Counted from the first letter of the stretch, positions 1 through 9,639 are shown. The stretch is 64,000 nucleotides of DNA from Ruminococcus sp. (GCA_023663085.1 JAMPIB010000001.1:32046-96045); one strand, 5' to 3'. Translations and numbers: made by a program. Notes: generated by a model not told the origin, from the letters alone.

Positions 1-477
1 CTGGATGTGGACGCCTATATCCCGCCTTCTTATATCGTCAACGAGATACAGAAGCTGGATATTTATAAACGTATCGCCGGCATTGAAAACGACAGGGAAC
101 GCGACGATATGAAAGAAGAACTGTTAGACCGCTTCGGAGAGATACCGAAATCGGTAGATAATCTTCTGCGTATCGCCATGATAAGGGTCAGGGCGCATAA
201 ACTTTTCATGCCGGAAGTCAAGGGCAAAAATGAATTGTTACAGTTTTTGTTCCGTCTGGATGCGCCGATAGCGGTGGAAAATATTCCGCGTCTGCTTACA
301 AAGTATCCTAAAAATCTGACGTTCGATCCCAAGGGAACGCCGACTTTCCGCTATCGTTACAGAAAATATGATCTGGTGGAAAAAAACGAGGAATTACTGC
401 TTTCTCTGACGGAGCAGTTATTGTACGATATGCAGGAGTTATTACTGCCCGTGGAAAAAGAGGTGCGGACAGTTTAA
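1..477 (+). CDS. mfd: Transcription-repair coupling factor Mfd, C-terminal part (5'-truncated by the window edge)
   Basis: The ORF runs in from the window start. Its translation (DAYIPPSYIVNEIQKLDIYKRIA...IPKSVDNLL) matches the TRCF C-terminal domain of Mfd. Confidence 0.7.
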   Translation: MDVDAYIPPSYIVNEIQKLDIYKRIAGIENDRERDDMKEELLDRFGEIPKSVDNLLRIAMIRVRAHKLFMPEVKGKNELLQFLFRLDAPIAVENIPRLLTKYPKNLTFDPKGTPTFRYRYRKYDLVEKNEELLLSLTEQLLYDMQELLLPVEKEVRTV

Positions 478-813
478 GAACAGATGTTTGTAAAAGACCG
501 GTTTATCGGACTGGATAAGTGCTATTCTGTTTTCAGAAGAAATTAAAATATGATTCTGAAAGGAGATAGTAATTATGAAAGGATATACGGTAGAAAGCGG
601 TTATATGGGATATGTGAACGGAGATTATATGTTGTTTGCAAGCGAGATGGATTACGAAGAATATATGCAGGGTTGAGGACGGGATTTTATCAGGAACCGT
701 ATGAGAGCCTGCATTTCGGACTGCTATTAAGTAACGATCGGGTATTGTATCCAGAAGCAAAATGGCATATGATGGGAACAGGAACAAAAGCGACGTATGG
801 GAGGAATACCGGA

Positions 814-2160
814 ATGAAAAAAGCGTTATACGGGATAGGACTGTTCATGGCGGCGGGCATGCTTCTTAGCGGCTGCGCCGGAGGGGAGGAAAACGCCGGG
901 GAGTCTGAAGGAGTAAGCGATGCGCTGGAATCATCGCAGGTTATTGCGGAAGACGCCGGACAGTCTGGTGAAGAGTCAGAGATGGAAGATGCCGGAACGC
1001 AGGATATACAGGCGGCGGAGATTGAGAGCGGGCAGGAAACAGATATCACGTCGCCGGATGCTCTTGCATTCGTAGAGGATATGAAGATTGGCTGGTGTCT
1101 GGGGAATACTTTTGACGCGATAGATTATGGCGGATTGAGTGACGAACTGCAATATGAGTCCTGCTGGTGCAATGCGGTAACGACCAAAGAGATGATAGAT
1201 GCGCTGAAAGAAGCGGGGTTTCGGACGATCCGTATCCCGGTTTCCTGGCATAATCATTTGACAAGCGATACGGATTCTTCGGTATATGCAGCCAATCCGG
1301 AGTATGTCATCAGCAAGGTGTGGCTGGACAGGGTGCAGGAAGTGGTGGATTATGCGATAGAAGATGGCTTGTATGTCATTATCAATATCCATCATGATAA
1401 CAGTAAAGAATATATTTATCCTTCCAGTGAATATCTCGAACAGTCCAAAACGTATGTTACGGATATCTGGCGGCAGATCGCGGAGCGGTTTAAGGATTAT
1501 GACGAACATCTGATCATGGAAGGTATGAATGAGCCGCGGCTGGTCGGTACGGCGAACGAATGGTGGCTGGATCTGCGGAAAGAAGAATGTATCGACGCTG
1601 TGGAATGTATCAATGAACTAAATCTGGCATTTGTGGATACCGTGCGTTCCACAGGCGGCCAGAATGCGGGAAGGTATCTGATGGTGCCGGGATATGCGGC
1701 TTCTTTGGAGGGCGCGGTGAATCCTTATTTCAGCCTGCCGGAAGATATCGCCGGAAATCAGAACAGGATACTCGTTTCCGTGCATGCCTATACGCCGTAT
1801 GCTTTTGCCCTGCAGGCGCCGGGAGAGGGCGGCAGTACGGATTCTTTTGACCCGCAGAGCGCTTCGAGTACGGGTGATATTGATAATCTGATGGATACTT
1901 TGTACGATACGTTTATCAAGAACGGAACCGGTGTGGTCATCGGGGAATTTGGCGCCAGGGATAAAGGCGGCAATACGCAGGCCAGAGCGGATTTTTCTGC
2001 ATATTATGTAGAAGCGGCCAGAGCAAGAGGTATAACATGCTGTGTATGGGACAATAATGCTTTTACGGGAGATGGAGAAAACTTCGGGCTTTTCCGGCGT
2101 ACATCGCTGCAATTTCTTTATCCGGAGATTGTGGAGAGTCTGATGTCGCATTGTGAATAG
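814..2160 (+). CDS. Glycoside hydrolase family 5 (cellulase/endoglucanase-like) lipoprotein
   Basis: The long ORF runs 550..2160. The internal ATG at 814 is preceded by GGGAGG and followed by a lipoprotein signal (MKKALYGIGLFMAAGMLLSGC), then a Ser/Glu-rich linker. The GH5 fold is marked by WCLGNTFD, RIPVSWHNHL and the catalytic NEPR motif. Confidence 0.8.
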   Translation: MKKALYGIGLFMAAGMLLSGCAGGEENAGESEGVSDALESSQVIAEDAGQSGEESEMEDAGTQDIQAAEIESGQETDITSPDALAFVEDMKIGWCLGNTFDAIDYGGLSDELQYESCWCNAVTTKEMIDALKEAGFRTIRIPVSWHNHLTSDTDSSVYAANPEYVISKVWLDRVQEVVDYAIEDGLYVIINIHHDNSKEYIYPSSEYLEQSKTYVTDIWRQIAERFKDYDEHLIMEGMNEPRLVGTANEWWLDLRKEECIDAVECINELNLAFVDTVRSTGGQNAGRYLMVPGYAASLEGAVNPYFSLPEDIAGNQNRILVSVHAYTPYAFALQAPGEGGSTDSFDPQSASSTGDIDNLMDTLYDTFIKNGTGVVIGEFGARDKGGNTQARADFSAYYVEAARARGITCCVWDNNAFTGDGENFGLFRRTSLQFLYPEIVESLMSHCE

Positions 2161-2252
2161 AGCACATATTGCATAGTAATAGGCACAAGGAAGGCTGTTC
2201 GTGTCATAGCCTATCTTTTAAAATAAAGAAAATACGGGAACAGGAGTTATGC

Positions 2253-3017
2253 GTGGTTAAGAAGATTGATGATATTTCAGTGAATTATATAGATGAAGGC
2301 GAGGGAGATGTTGTTTTACTGCTTCATGGCTGGGGTTCCAATATCACTTTATTCGATGGTATTGTGAAGACGCTTGTGCCAACGCACAGGGTCATTGCGC
2401 CTGATATGCCGGGATTTGGGAAGACGCCTGCGCCATCCGAAGCCTGGTGTGTAGACGATTACGTGGATTTTCTGATCAAGTTTATCGACAGTATGCAGAT
2501 AACGAAGTTCAGCGTTCTGGTGCATTCGTTCGGCGGAAGGGTTCTATTCAAATTAAATGCCAGAGAAGGTCTGCCGTATGTGATCCGGAAAGCGGTATTG
2601 ATCGACAGTGCAGGGATCATGCCGAAGAAGACCTGGAAACAGAAGGTGAGTCTGCGCTTTTATAAGGCGGCCCGTGCGGTCATGAGCACTAAAGTATTAC
2701 GCTTTTTGTACCCGGATGCGGTAGAGGATATGCGTAAGAAGAGAGGTTCTGCGGATTATAATAATGCAACGCCGGTCATGCGGGCTACGTTAGTGAAGGT
2801 AGTCAACGAAGATCTGGAACCGCTTATCGCGAAGCTGCATTGTCCGACGCTTTTAATATGGGGGGATGCCGATACGGCGACGCCGATAGAAGATGCCCGG
2901 ACAATGGAGAGACTGATCCAGGACACAGGGCTGGTGGTCTGCGAGGGAGCAGGACATTATTCTTTCCTGGAACAGCCTGCCAAAGTGCATGGCGCGCTGA
3001 AAGCGTTCCTCGGATAA
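2253..3017 (+). CDS. Alpha/beta-fold hydrolase
   Basis: A GTG start at 2253 sits 7 nt after a CAGGAG RBS. The HGWGS and nucleophile-elbow (HSFGG) motifs are typical of alpha/beta hydrolases. Confidence 0.65.
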   Translation: MVKKIDDISVNYIDEGEGDVVLLLHGWGSNITLFDGIVKTLVPTHRVIAPDMPGFGKTPAPSEAWCVDDYVDFLIKFIDSMQITKFSVLVHSFGGRVLFKLNAREGLPYVIRKAVLIDSAGIMPKKTWKQKVSLRFYKAARAVMSTKVLRFLYPDAVEDMRKKRGSADYNNATPVMRATLVKVVNEDLEPLIAKLHCPTLLIWGDADTATPIEDARTMERLIQDTGLVVCEGAGHYSFLEQPAKVHGALKAFLG

Positions 3018-3083
3018 TTGCCGGCATGGTATAAGAATGAATGTGAATCGTATCAGGAAACAGAAAGGAAATTAGATTCGTAT

Positions 3084-4652
3084 ATGGATATTTTGTTATG
3101 GGTGATCTGGCTGGGTACTTATGTTCTCGGCGCCGTCTGGTTTGAACTTTATATCATGCACATGTTTCAGCAAAACTCCTATAAGCCGAGGGAGTATGGT
3201 GAATGGCTGCGGGTAACAGGAAATATCGGCAGGATATTGGGAAAGATTTTATACGCCGTAATTTCTCTGCCGCTTATCGCGGCCGGCGGATATGGCTGTC
3301 TGACCGCAGCCTGCTGCATGAATATAATGACTATATTGGTCAACAAACCGCGTCAGGCAAAAAAACCGCTTGTTTGTACGGCAAGGGTAAAAAGAATGTT
3401 TATGACGACAGGTTTATTATTTGTGATCGTCATGGCATTGTGCCTTCTTTTGCCGATAAGGTCGGTAAAAGTCTGCGCCCTGTTCTTATTGATCCTGTTT
3501 ATCATAGAACCTGTTCTGGTACTGGCGGTCAATCTGATTAATCATCCGCTGGAATTGGGGATTGATAAGCATTATATCAACGATGCGGCGAGGATTTTGC
3601 GGGAAATGCCAGATCTGACAGTTATCGGCGTTACCGGAAGTTACGGTAAGACGAGTGTAAAATATTTTCTGAGTAAACTGCTTTCCACGCAGTTTTGTGT
3701 ACTGCATACGCCGGGTAACTATAATACGACCTTAGGCGTTGTGAGGACGATAAGGGAACAGATGAAGTCGTTTCATGAAATCTTTATATGTGAGATGGGA
3801 GCAAGGGAAGTAGGAGATATTAAAGAAATCTGCGATCTGGTGCATCCGCAGTATGGCATCATCACCTCCATCGGGCCGCAGCATTTACAGAGTTTCCACA
3901 GCATAGAGAATGTCATCAGTACGAAATTTGAGCTGGCGGACGCGGTTCCTGCGGAGGGCAAAGTATTTTTAAATTATGATAACGAATATATCCGTGAGCG
4001 GAAGATAGACAAAACAGTCGTAAGCTACGGCGTATCCGAGGAAACCGCAGACTATGCGGCCTATGATATTTCTGTTTCCAGAGAAGGCTCTGCGTTTAAG
4101 ATGAAAGATAAGGAAGGCACAGAGTATCAGTTCCATACAAGATTAGTCGGGAATCATAATGTACAGAATATAGCGGGTGCTGTCGCGGTGGCCAATACGC
4201 TCGGTATTCCTATGGAGAAATTGCTCTTTCCGGTGAAGCAGTTGGAAAGCGTTCCACACAGGCTGCAATTATTGAAGCAGGGTGACCGTATCGTTTTGGA
4301 CGACAGCTATAATTCCAATAAAAACGGCTTTAAGGCGGCTTTGGATACACTGGCCATGTTTGATGAACTGCGGATTCTGATGACGCCGGGCATGGTGGAA
4401 CTTGGCGAGAAGCAGTATGATGAAAATAAGGAGATTGGCCTTTACGCGCACGATAAATGCGATTACGCGGTCTTAGTCGGCAGAGAGCAGACCAAGCCGA
4501 TACAGGTAGGGTTACTGGAGGCCGGATTCCCGCATCATAGGATCATCATTGCCGATACCTTGCAGGAGGCATTCCAGATGGTCAATGCAATACCCGGAGA
4601 GAAACAGAAAGTTGTTTTGATCGAAAACGATCTGCCGGACAATTATCAATAA
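3084..4652 (+). CDS. murF: UDP-N-acetylmuramoyl-tripeptide--D-alanyl-D-alanine ligase (MurF) with an unusual N-terminal multi-TM extension
   Basis: The Mur ligase P-loop (VIGVTGSYGKTS) and the Mur middle and C-terminal domains are present, and the gene lies directly upstream of ddl. The first ~180 aa are hydrophobic, with about four predicted TM helices, instead of the usual soluble MurF N-domain. The first in-frame ATG is 3084; the ORF caller's TTG at 3018 is an alternative start. Confidence 0.7.
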   Translation: MDILLWVIWLGTYVLGAVWFELYIMHMFQQNSYKPREYGEWLRVTGNIGRILGKILYAVISLPLIAAGGYGCLTAACCMNIMTILVNKPRQAKKPLVCTARVKRMFMTTGLLFVIVMALCLLLPIRSVKVCALFLLILFIIEPVLVLAVNLINHPLELGIDKHYINDAARILREMPDLTVIGVTGSYGKTSVKYFLSKLLSTQFCVLHTPGNYNTTLGVVRTIREQMKSFHEIFICEMGAREVGDIKEICDLVHPQYGIITSIGPQHLQSFHSIENVISTKFELADAVPAEGKVFLNYDNEYIRERKIDKTVVSYGVSEETADYAAYDISVSREGSAFKMKDKEGTEYQFHTRLVGNHNVQNIAGAVAVANTLGIPMEKLLFPVKQLESVPHRLQLLKQGDRIVLDDSYNSNKNGFKAALDTLAMFDELRILMTPGMVELGEKQYDENKEIGLYAHDKCDYAVLVGREQTKPIQVGLLEAGFPHHRIIIADTLQEAFQMVNAIPGEKQKVVLIENDLPDNYQ

Positions 4653-4696
4653 AAGCCCGGTCGGTCTATCAATAAAATAAGAGGAGTAAAGCTGTT

Positions 4697-5878
4697 ATGA
4701 AGATCAAAGTAGGCGTTTTTTTTGGAGGAAAAAGTGTAGAACATGAAGTTTCCGTGATTTCGGGCATTCAGGCGCTCAATGCGTTCAATAAGGAGAAATA
4801 TGAGGCAATCCCCATCTATATCACGAAGGAAAATGAAATGTATACCGGGGAGGCTGTTGCCGATATCGGGAATTATAAAAATATTTCCGAATTGTTAAAA
4901 AAGAGTACCCGTATCTTTTTTATCCGTGAACAGGGTAAGTTGAATATGGTACAGTATCCGGAGAAAAAATTCGGCAGTTCCATAGTGGACTATATCGACG
5001 TAGCGTTCCCGGTCGTACATGGAGCCAATGTGGAAGACGGTTCCCTGCAGGGATTTCTGCGCCACTACAATGTGCCGATGGCAGGCTGTGACGTGACAGC
5101 GGCGGCGGTCTCCATGGATAAATATGTGATGAAGACCGTGTTAAAAGATAACGATATCCCCGTGCTGGACTGCGTGACGCTGCATGTCAGAGAGTATGAA
5201 AAAGACGAAGAAGCGGCGTATTGTAAAGTAGAAAATAAAATACCCTATCCTGTTATCGTAAAGCCCATTAATTTAGGTTCAAGCGTCGGTATTAAAGTCG
5301 CCAAAGACAGGGAAGGACTCTGTGAGGCACTCCAATATGCCTATGAGTTCGGACAGAAAGTGCTGGTTGAAAAAGCTATCATGAACCTGCGTGAGATCAA
5401 CTGTGCAGTCCTCGGCGATTATGAGAGCGCACAGGCTTCTGAATGTGAAGAGCCAATATCAAGCGATGAGATTTTAAGCTACGAAGATAAATATGTGGCA
5501 GGCGGTAAAGGAGCGTCCGAAGGAATGCGGACGGCCAGAAGAGAACTGCCGGCTGATCTGACGCCGGAGCGCAGAGAAGAGATTCGCACATTGGCAGTCA
5601 GAACTTTTCAGGCACTGGATTGCAATGGCGTATCGCGGATTGATTTCATGATTGATAAAGATACGGATAAGGTCTATGTCAATGAGATCAATTCCATTCC
5701 GGGTTCGCTGGCTTTTTATCTATGGGAGATCATGGGCAAACCGTATGAGGAATTGTTGGACGATATGGTGAGACTGGCCTTGAAACGCGAGAGGGAAGAG
5801 AGTAATCTGATGACCTCGTTTGAAAGCAATATTTTGCAGAATGCCAATTTATCCGGGGCCAAGGGTGTCAAAAAATAA
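4697..5878 (+). CDS. ddl: D-alanine--D-alanine ligase
   Basis: The N-terminus (MKIKVGVFFGGKSVEHEVSVISG) and the ATP-grasp fold match Ddl, and the murF-ddl gene order is conserved. Confidence 0.9.
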   Translation: MKIKVGVFFGGKSVEHEVSVISGIQALNAFNKEKYEAIPIYITKENEMYTGEAVADIGNYKNISELLKKSTRIFFIREQGKLNMVQYPEKKFGSSIVDYIDVAFPVVHGANVEDGSLQGFLRHYNVPMAGCDVTAAAVSMDKYVMKTVLKDNDIPVLDCVTLHVREYEKDEEAAYCKVENKIPYPVIVKPINLGSSVGIKVAKDREGLCEALQYAYEFGQKVLVEKAIMNLREINCAVLGDYESAQASECEEPISSDEILSYEDKYVAGGKGASEGMRTARRELPADLTPERREEIRTLAVRTFQALDCNGVSRIDFMIDKDTDKVYVNEINSIPGSLAFYLWEIMGKPYEELLDDMVRLALKREREESNLMTSFESNILQNANLSGAKGVKK

Positions 5879-5893
5879 GACGGAAGAGGAATA

Positions 5894-6017
5894 GTGTGAA
5901 AAATCACACTGATGTGCTGATTTTTCACACGGCAATTTGTGCCGGAGCGTCACAAATATGCCTTGATGGCAGACGCAAATTTGAGATTTGCGTCGCCCCG
6001 TCGCGAAAACGCTCCGG
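5894..6017 (+). promoter_or_regulatory. Highly structured intergenic element with nested inverted repeats, downstream of ddl and upstream of the dipeptidase gene
   Basis: A perfect 13-bp inverted repeat (gtgtgaaaaatca at 5894-5906, tgatttttcacac at 5918-5930) overlaps a 6-bp mini-palindrome. A 9-bp stem (gacgcaaat/atttgcgtc, 5972-5994) is enclosed by an 8-bp outer inverted repeat (ccggagcg/cgctccgg, 5942-6017). Confidence 0.4.
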
Positions 6018-6063
6018 AATGGAGATTAATATAAAAGATGATTAATTATGAAAGCGGGAAAGG

Positions 6064-7047
6064 ATGACAAATATGGTCTTTGACGCGCATTCGGATATCT
6101 GGTCGGATGTTACCGTGAAGTTTATGCGGGGAGAGAGCGATATCTTCCGAAAGTATCACTACCAAAGACTGCAAAAGGGCGGCATAGAAGGTTCTATCCT
6201 GGCTATGTGGATCGATCCGCCATATGATAAAGACCCTGTGCTGCGGCTTAGGCAGATCATGGAGGCGGTAAAGGCGGAGACTGCCTGCTGTGGAGATATT
6301 TTACAGATCGTGCACGATTACGAAGAAATGAAAGAGGCCAAAGAGAAGGGACTTTTCTATGCTTTTATCGGCTGTGAAGGACTTTCGGGCATCGGGGAAG
6401 ATATAGAGAAGATAGATATGCTTTATGAGTTCGGGGTAAGATGCGTATCCCTTACCTGGAATGAGCAGAATGCATTGGCGGCCGGGGCACGTGCGGATAC
6501 GGAGAGCGGTCTGACTGCGCTCGGAGTTCAGGCGCTTCATAAGATACAGGATAAGCATATGCTGTTTGATGTGTCTCACTTGAATGATAAGTCTTTCTGG
6601 GACGTCATGCGCCATGCCACAGGCCCGGTCGTGGCTACACATTCCGACAGCCGCAGCCTGTGTCCTGCACCCCGGAATCTGACGGATGAGATGATAAAAG
6701 AAATTGTGCAGACAGGCGGTATGACAGGTATCAATGCGTATCCCGATTTTGTTTCTTCCAGGAAAGAAGAAAAAACCGTTGATATGCTGGCCAAACATAT
6801 AGAACATATCGCCGATATCGCGGGTATCGAACATGTGGGATTCGGTTTTGATTTCTGTGAATTTCTGGAAGAAGAAGCGGCCGCGTCGTTTGGCACAGAT
6901 GAGGAAACAGAGGGTCTGTACGGCTTAAAAGATGCGTCCGAGACGCCGAATGTCCTGTGGGCCATGCAAAAAATCGGTTTTACAAAAGCGGATATCGAAA
7001 AGGTTTCTTATCAAAACTGGCATCAGATAATACGGAAAGTTATATAG
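6064..7047 (+). CDS. Membrane dipeptidase (peptidase family M19)
   Basis: At 327 aa with an N-terminal DAHSD(I) motif and an amidohydrolase-type barrel, it is typical of the M19 renal dipeptidase family. Confidence 0.75.
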   Translation: MTNMVFDAHSDIWSDVTVKFMRGESDIFRKYHYQRLQKGGIEGSILAMWIDPPYDKDPVLRLRQIMEAVKAETACCGDILQIVHDYEEMKEAKEKGLFYAFIGCEGLSGIGEDIEKIDMLYEFGVRCVSLTWNEQNALAAGARADTESGLTALGVQALHKIQDKHMLFDVSHLNDKSFWDVMRHATGPVVATHSDSRSLCPAPRNLTDEMIKEIVQTGGMTGINAYPDFVSSRKEEKTVDMLAKHIEHIADIAGIEHVGFGFDFCEFLEEEAAASFGTDEETEGLYGLKDASETPNVLWAMQKIGFTKADIEKVSYQNWHQIIRKVI

Positions 7048-7145
7048 AAAATTAAAATATTTTAGGTATAAACTCCCACCATTTACAGATACTAGTAGCA
7101 CGGTTTATTCAAAATACTAATAACGTAAATGGAGGTTTTTATCAT

Positions 7146-7691
7146 ATGAAAGCAACAGGAATTGTCAGAAGAATAGATGATTTAGGGCGGATTGTCATTC
7201 CCAAGGAGATCAGGCGGACGCTGCGTATCAGAGAAGCCGACCCGTTAGAAATCTACACGGACAGAGAAGGCGAGATTATTTTGAAAAAATACTCCCCGAT
7301 CGGGGAAATGGGAACATTTGCCAAGCAGTACGCGGAAAGCATGGCACAGGTTTCCGGGCATATCGCCATGATAGCTGACAGAGATCAGTTCATTGCCGTA
7401 TCCGGCGGTATGAAGAGTGTTCTTGGCAAGTCGATCAGCAGGGATCTGGAAGAGAAAATTAATAATAGAGAGAGCGTCGTAGCGACTAAGGGAGACCGGA
7501 ATTTTATCCCCGTCTGCCATGAAGCCGGAGAGGACTATCAGCACGAAGCGATCAGTCCTATCATCTGTGAGGGTGATGTGATCGGTGCCGTGATCTTGCT
7601 GGAAATGGACAATAAGTCCAAGATGGGCGAGGTGGAACAGAAGCTGATCCAGTCTGCGGCCGGATTCCTTGGCAGACAGATGGAGCAGTAG
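7146..7691 (+). CDS. spoVT: Stage V sporulation protein T (AbrB-type DNA-binding domain plus GAF domain)
   Basis: The N-terminal swapped-hairpin AbrB domain (RRIDDLGRIVIPKEIRRTLRIREADPLEIY), a C-terminal GAF-like domain and the 181-aa length match SpoVT. GGAGG lies 8 nt upstream. Confidence 0.8.
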   Translation: MKATGIVRRIDDLGRIVIPKEIRRTLRIREADPLEIYTDREGEIILKKYSPIGEMGTFAKQYAESMAQVSGHIAMIADRDQFIAVSGGMKSVLGKSISRDLEEKINNRESVVATKGDRNFIPVCHEAGEDYQHEAISPIICEGDVIGAVILLEMDNKSKMGEVEQKLIQSAAGFLGRQMEQ

Positions 7692-7746
7692 CAGTAGTCT
7701 GCAAGCATATTTTCTGGCAGGCAGATAAAGCGCTGAAAAATAATAG

Positions 7747-8052
7747 CTAAGATTCAATATCCTGAATATCATCAAAGTTTATTTTGGTATTCACGATCTG
7801 TAATATCCGGCTGGTTTCGTCAATACGGGAAACCATGCCGGATATTTTGATATATTCGCCGTCATGGAAATAAACGACAGTAGCGATACTGCCGCGCGTA
7901 AGCAGGCGCATTTTCCTGTCCAGTTCTTCTTCCATTTCCGGCGAGAGTTCCATTTTGGGGACAATAATTTTTTCTTTGGCCTTCAGTGCCTCCGGCAGAC
8001 CTTTTAAGGCGGCGAAAGGCATGAACTGTTTGGCCCTTTCGGATACGGGCAT
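7747..8052 (-). CDS. YolD-like protein (accessory protein of Y-family polymerase cassettes)
   Basis: This small ORF lies immediately downstream of the Y-family polymerase gene and is co-oriented with it. Its sequence pattern (MPVSERAKQFMPFAALKGLPEAL...) is typical of the YolD/YqjX family. The start is taken at the internal Met at 8052; the longer ORF to 8226 overlaps the polymerase gene. Confidence 0.6.
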   Translation of the reverse strand: MPVSERAKQFMPFAALKGLPEALKAKEKIIVPKMELSPEMEEELDRKMRLLTRGSIATVVYFHDGEYIKISGMVSRIDETSRILQIVNTKINFDDIQDIES

Positions 8053-8059
8053 TTTATTC

Positions 8060-9334
8060 TTAGGTCTTTTGGCCACTTCGATGTCCTCCGATCTGTGTAT
8101 TTCTTTCTCTTGTCGTAGCATGTTCCTGCAGATCCATGCCCCGCAGAATGGCATTTTTGCCAAATTTATTTTTGATGCTGATGACCGCTTCCTGTACCTT
8201 GCGGTTCTTAGCCAGTTCCTGCGCATCCGTGAAAAAATTATATTGATGGCATTCTTCGGGAATCACGTTATTACAGCTGAGATTGACCCGCTTGATCGGA
8301 TACTGCGGGTTGACGATCCGCTCATAGAGAGCGGTAACAGCAGGTATCAGCAAAAGGTCGGAGTTGGTCTCATCATCTAAGGAAGCGCTGCCGTGTGCCG
8401 AAGGTACATTCAGGCGGTTGGAGTAGCCGACGTGTAAAGTGATTGACCTGGTGACAAGATTTTTTTCTACCAGATCAAGGCAGAGTAAGTCCATCATTTC
8501 CTTGACGATCAGCCGGCCATCTGCAAAGTTATAATCGCAGGCCAGCACCTGGCCGCTGGAGAGACAATTGGTCTCTGAACGATAGGCTTTGATATGGGCG
8601 ATGGTAACAGGTTCCCGTCCCCAGGCGTGGTCAATGAGCAGTTCCGCGTCTATGCCGAACAGATGGTAGAGAAAATCTTCGTCGGCTCCGGCGATATCGC
8701 GCATTGTCAGAATACCATAAGAAGCCAGTTTCTTAGCGGTTCCGGCGCCGATGCGCCAGAAGTCAGTCAGCGGTCTGTGATCCCAGAGTCTGGCACGGTA
8801 GGATTCTTCCGTCAGTTCGCCGATAAAATCAGCGGCATGTTTGGCCGTGATATCGAGAGCAATCTTGGCCAGATACAGGTTCGTACCGATTCCGCAGGTG
8901 GCATGGATATGAAGTCTTTCATAGATTTCGTCAATGATAGTCTGTCCGAGCTGCCTGGCGGAGAGCCGGTACATGGTCAGATATTCCGTAACATCCATAA
9001 AAGCTTCGTCGATGGAGTAGACATGGATATCGTCTTTGGAGACATATTTTAAATAAATAGCATATATTTCAGCGGCATAATCAATATAAAGCTGCATTCT
9101 TGGCGTGGCGGCGATATATTTGATATGCGGCGGTATCTCAAAAATACGGCAGCGGTTGTGGATGCCGAGCGCCTTCATGGCGGGCGTTATAGCCAGACAG
9201 ATAGTCTTCTCCGTGCGCGACATATCGGCCACCACGAGGTTGGTCGTCATGGCGTCCAGTCCGCGCTCGGCGCATTCTACGGACGCATAGAAGGATTTCA
9301 GATCAATGCAGATGTATGTGTGTTCTTTCATCAA
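8060..9334 (-). CDS. Y-family DNA polymerase (DinB/UmuC-like, translesion synthesis)
   Basis: The N-terminus (ICIDLKSFYASVE), the IMPV-type palm/fingers domains and the 424-aa length are typical of UmuC/DinB/YqjW-type polymerases. A LexA box lies upstream. Confidence 0.85.
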   Translation of the reverse strand: MMKEHTYICIDLKSFYASVECAERGLDAMTTNLVVADMSRTEKTICLAITPAMKALGIHNRCRIFEIPPHIKYIAATPRMQLYIDYAAEIYAIYLKYVSKDDIHVYSIDEAFMDVTEYLTMYRLSARQLGQTIIDEIYERLHIHATCGIGTNLYLAKIALDITAKHAADFIGELTEESYRARLWDHRPLTDFWRIGAGTAKKLASYGILTMRDIAGADEDFLYHLFGIDAELLIDHAWGREPVTIAHIKAYRSETNCLSSGQVLACDYNFADGRLIVKEMMDLLCLDLVEKNLVTRSITLHVGYSNRLNVPSAHGSASLDDETNSDLLLIPAVTALYERIVNPQYPIKRVNLSCNNVIPEECHQYNFFTDAQELAKNRKVQEAVISIKNKFGKNAILRGMDLQEHATTRERNTQIGGHRSGQKT

Positions 9335-9446
9335 TGCGGTACCGCCTTTCGCCTTTTATTCCCGCAGGCATGGGCCAGGTGACTGCCTGTGACGGGGGCT
9401 TTGGATTTCAGTATATCATACTTTTTGGCAAATGTCTCACAAAATA

Positions 9447-9460
9447 CGAACGAATGTTCT
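9447..9460. promoter_or_regulatory. LexA (Cheo-type SOS box) operator upstream of the Y-family polymerase operon
   Basis: CGAACGAATGTTCT matches the Firmicute Cheo box (CGAAC-N4-GTTCG) in 13 of 14 positions. It sits about 113 bp upstream of the polymerase start. On the minus strand it abuts a TTGTGA motif, and an extended -10 (TGATATACT, plus coordinates 9410-9418) lies downstream. Confidence 0.6.
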
Positions 9461-9639
9461 GGAAATTATGCGAAATTTTTCCATACAGGATTTTTGTGTG
9501 TAAAATTCTCGTATAAAATTTTTTCATTTTTCTCGCTCAGAAGGCATTTTTTTCTGCATATGAATATGCTATAATACAATGTTGAAAAGGCGGAGGATGC
9601 AAAGCCGAAAAGTACATTGTAGTAAAAGGAGGAAGGATT

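Noticed and set aside
550-813. An N-terminal extension of the GH5 ORF (start at 550), and a possible 33-aa Tyr/Gly-rich ORF at 585..686 in a different frame within the 336-nt 5' region.
   Set aside because: The extension has no RBS, and a lipoprotein signal peptide begins exactly at the internal ATG at 814, which is preceded by GGGAGG. The 33-aa ORF has only a weak, long-spaced SD and no other support. It is treated as an untranslated leader.
7048-7145. A possible forespore (sigma-G/sigma-F-type) promoter upstream of spoVT (GTATA ... CAGATACTA).
   Set aside because: The match to the GnATR-N18-CATnnTA consensus is loose and the spacing is ambiguous. It is not strong enough to call from sequence alone.
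8594-9382. Several plus-strand ORFs (8594..9052, 9105..9290, 9125..9382) antisense to the Y-family polymerase gene.
   Set aside because: They lie entirely within a well-supported minus-strand CDS and have no RBS or domain signal, so they are spurious antisense frames.
9389-9574. A 61-aa ORF in the divergent promoter region between the polymerase gene and the 141-aa gene.
   Set aside because: It has no RBS, is hydrophobic and low-complexity, and overlaps promoter elements.
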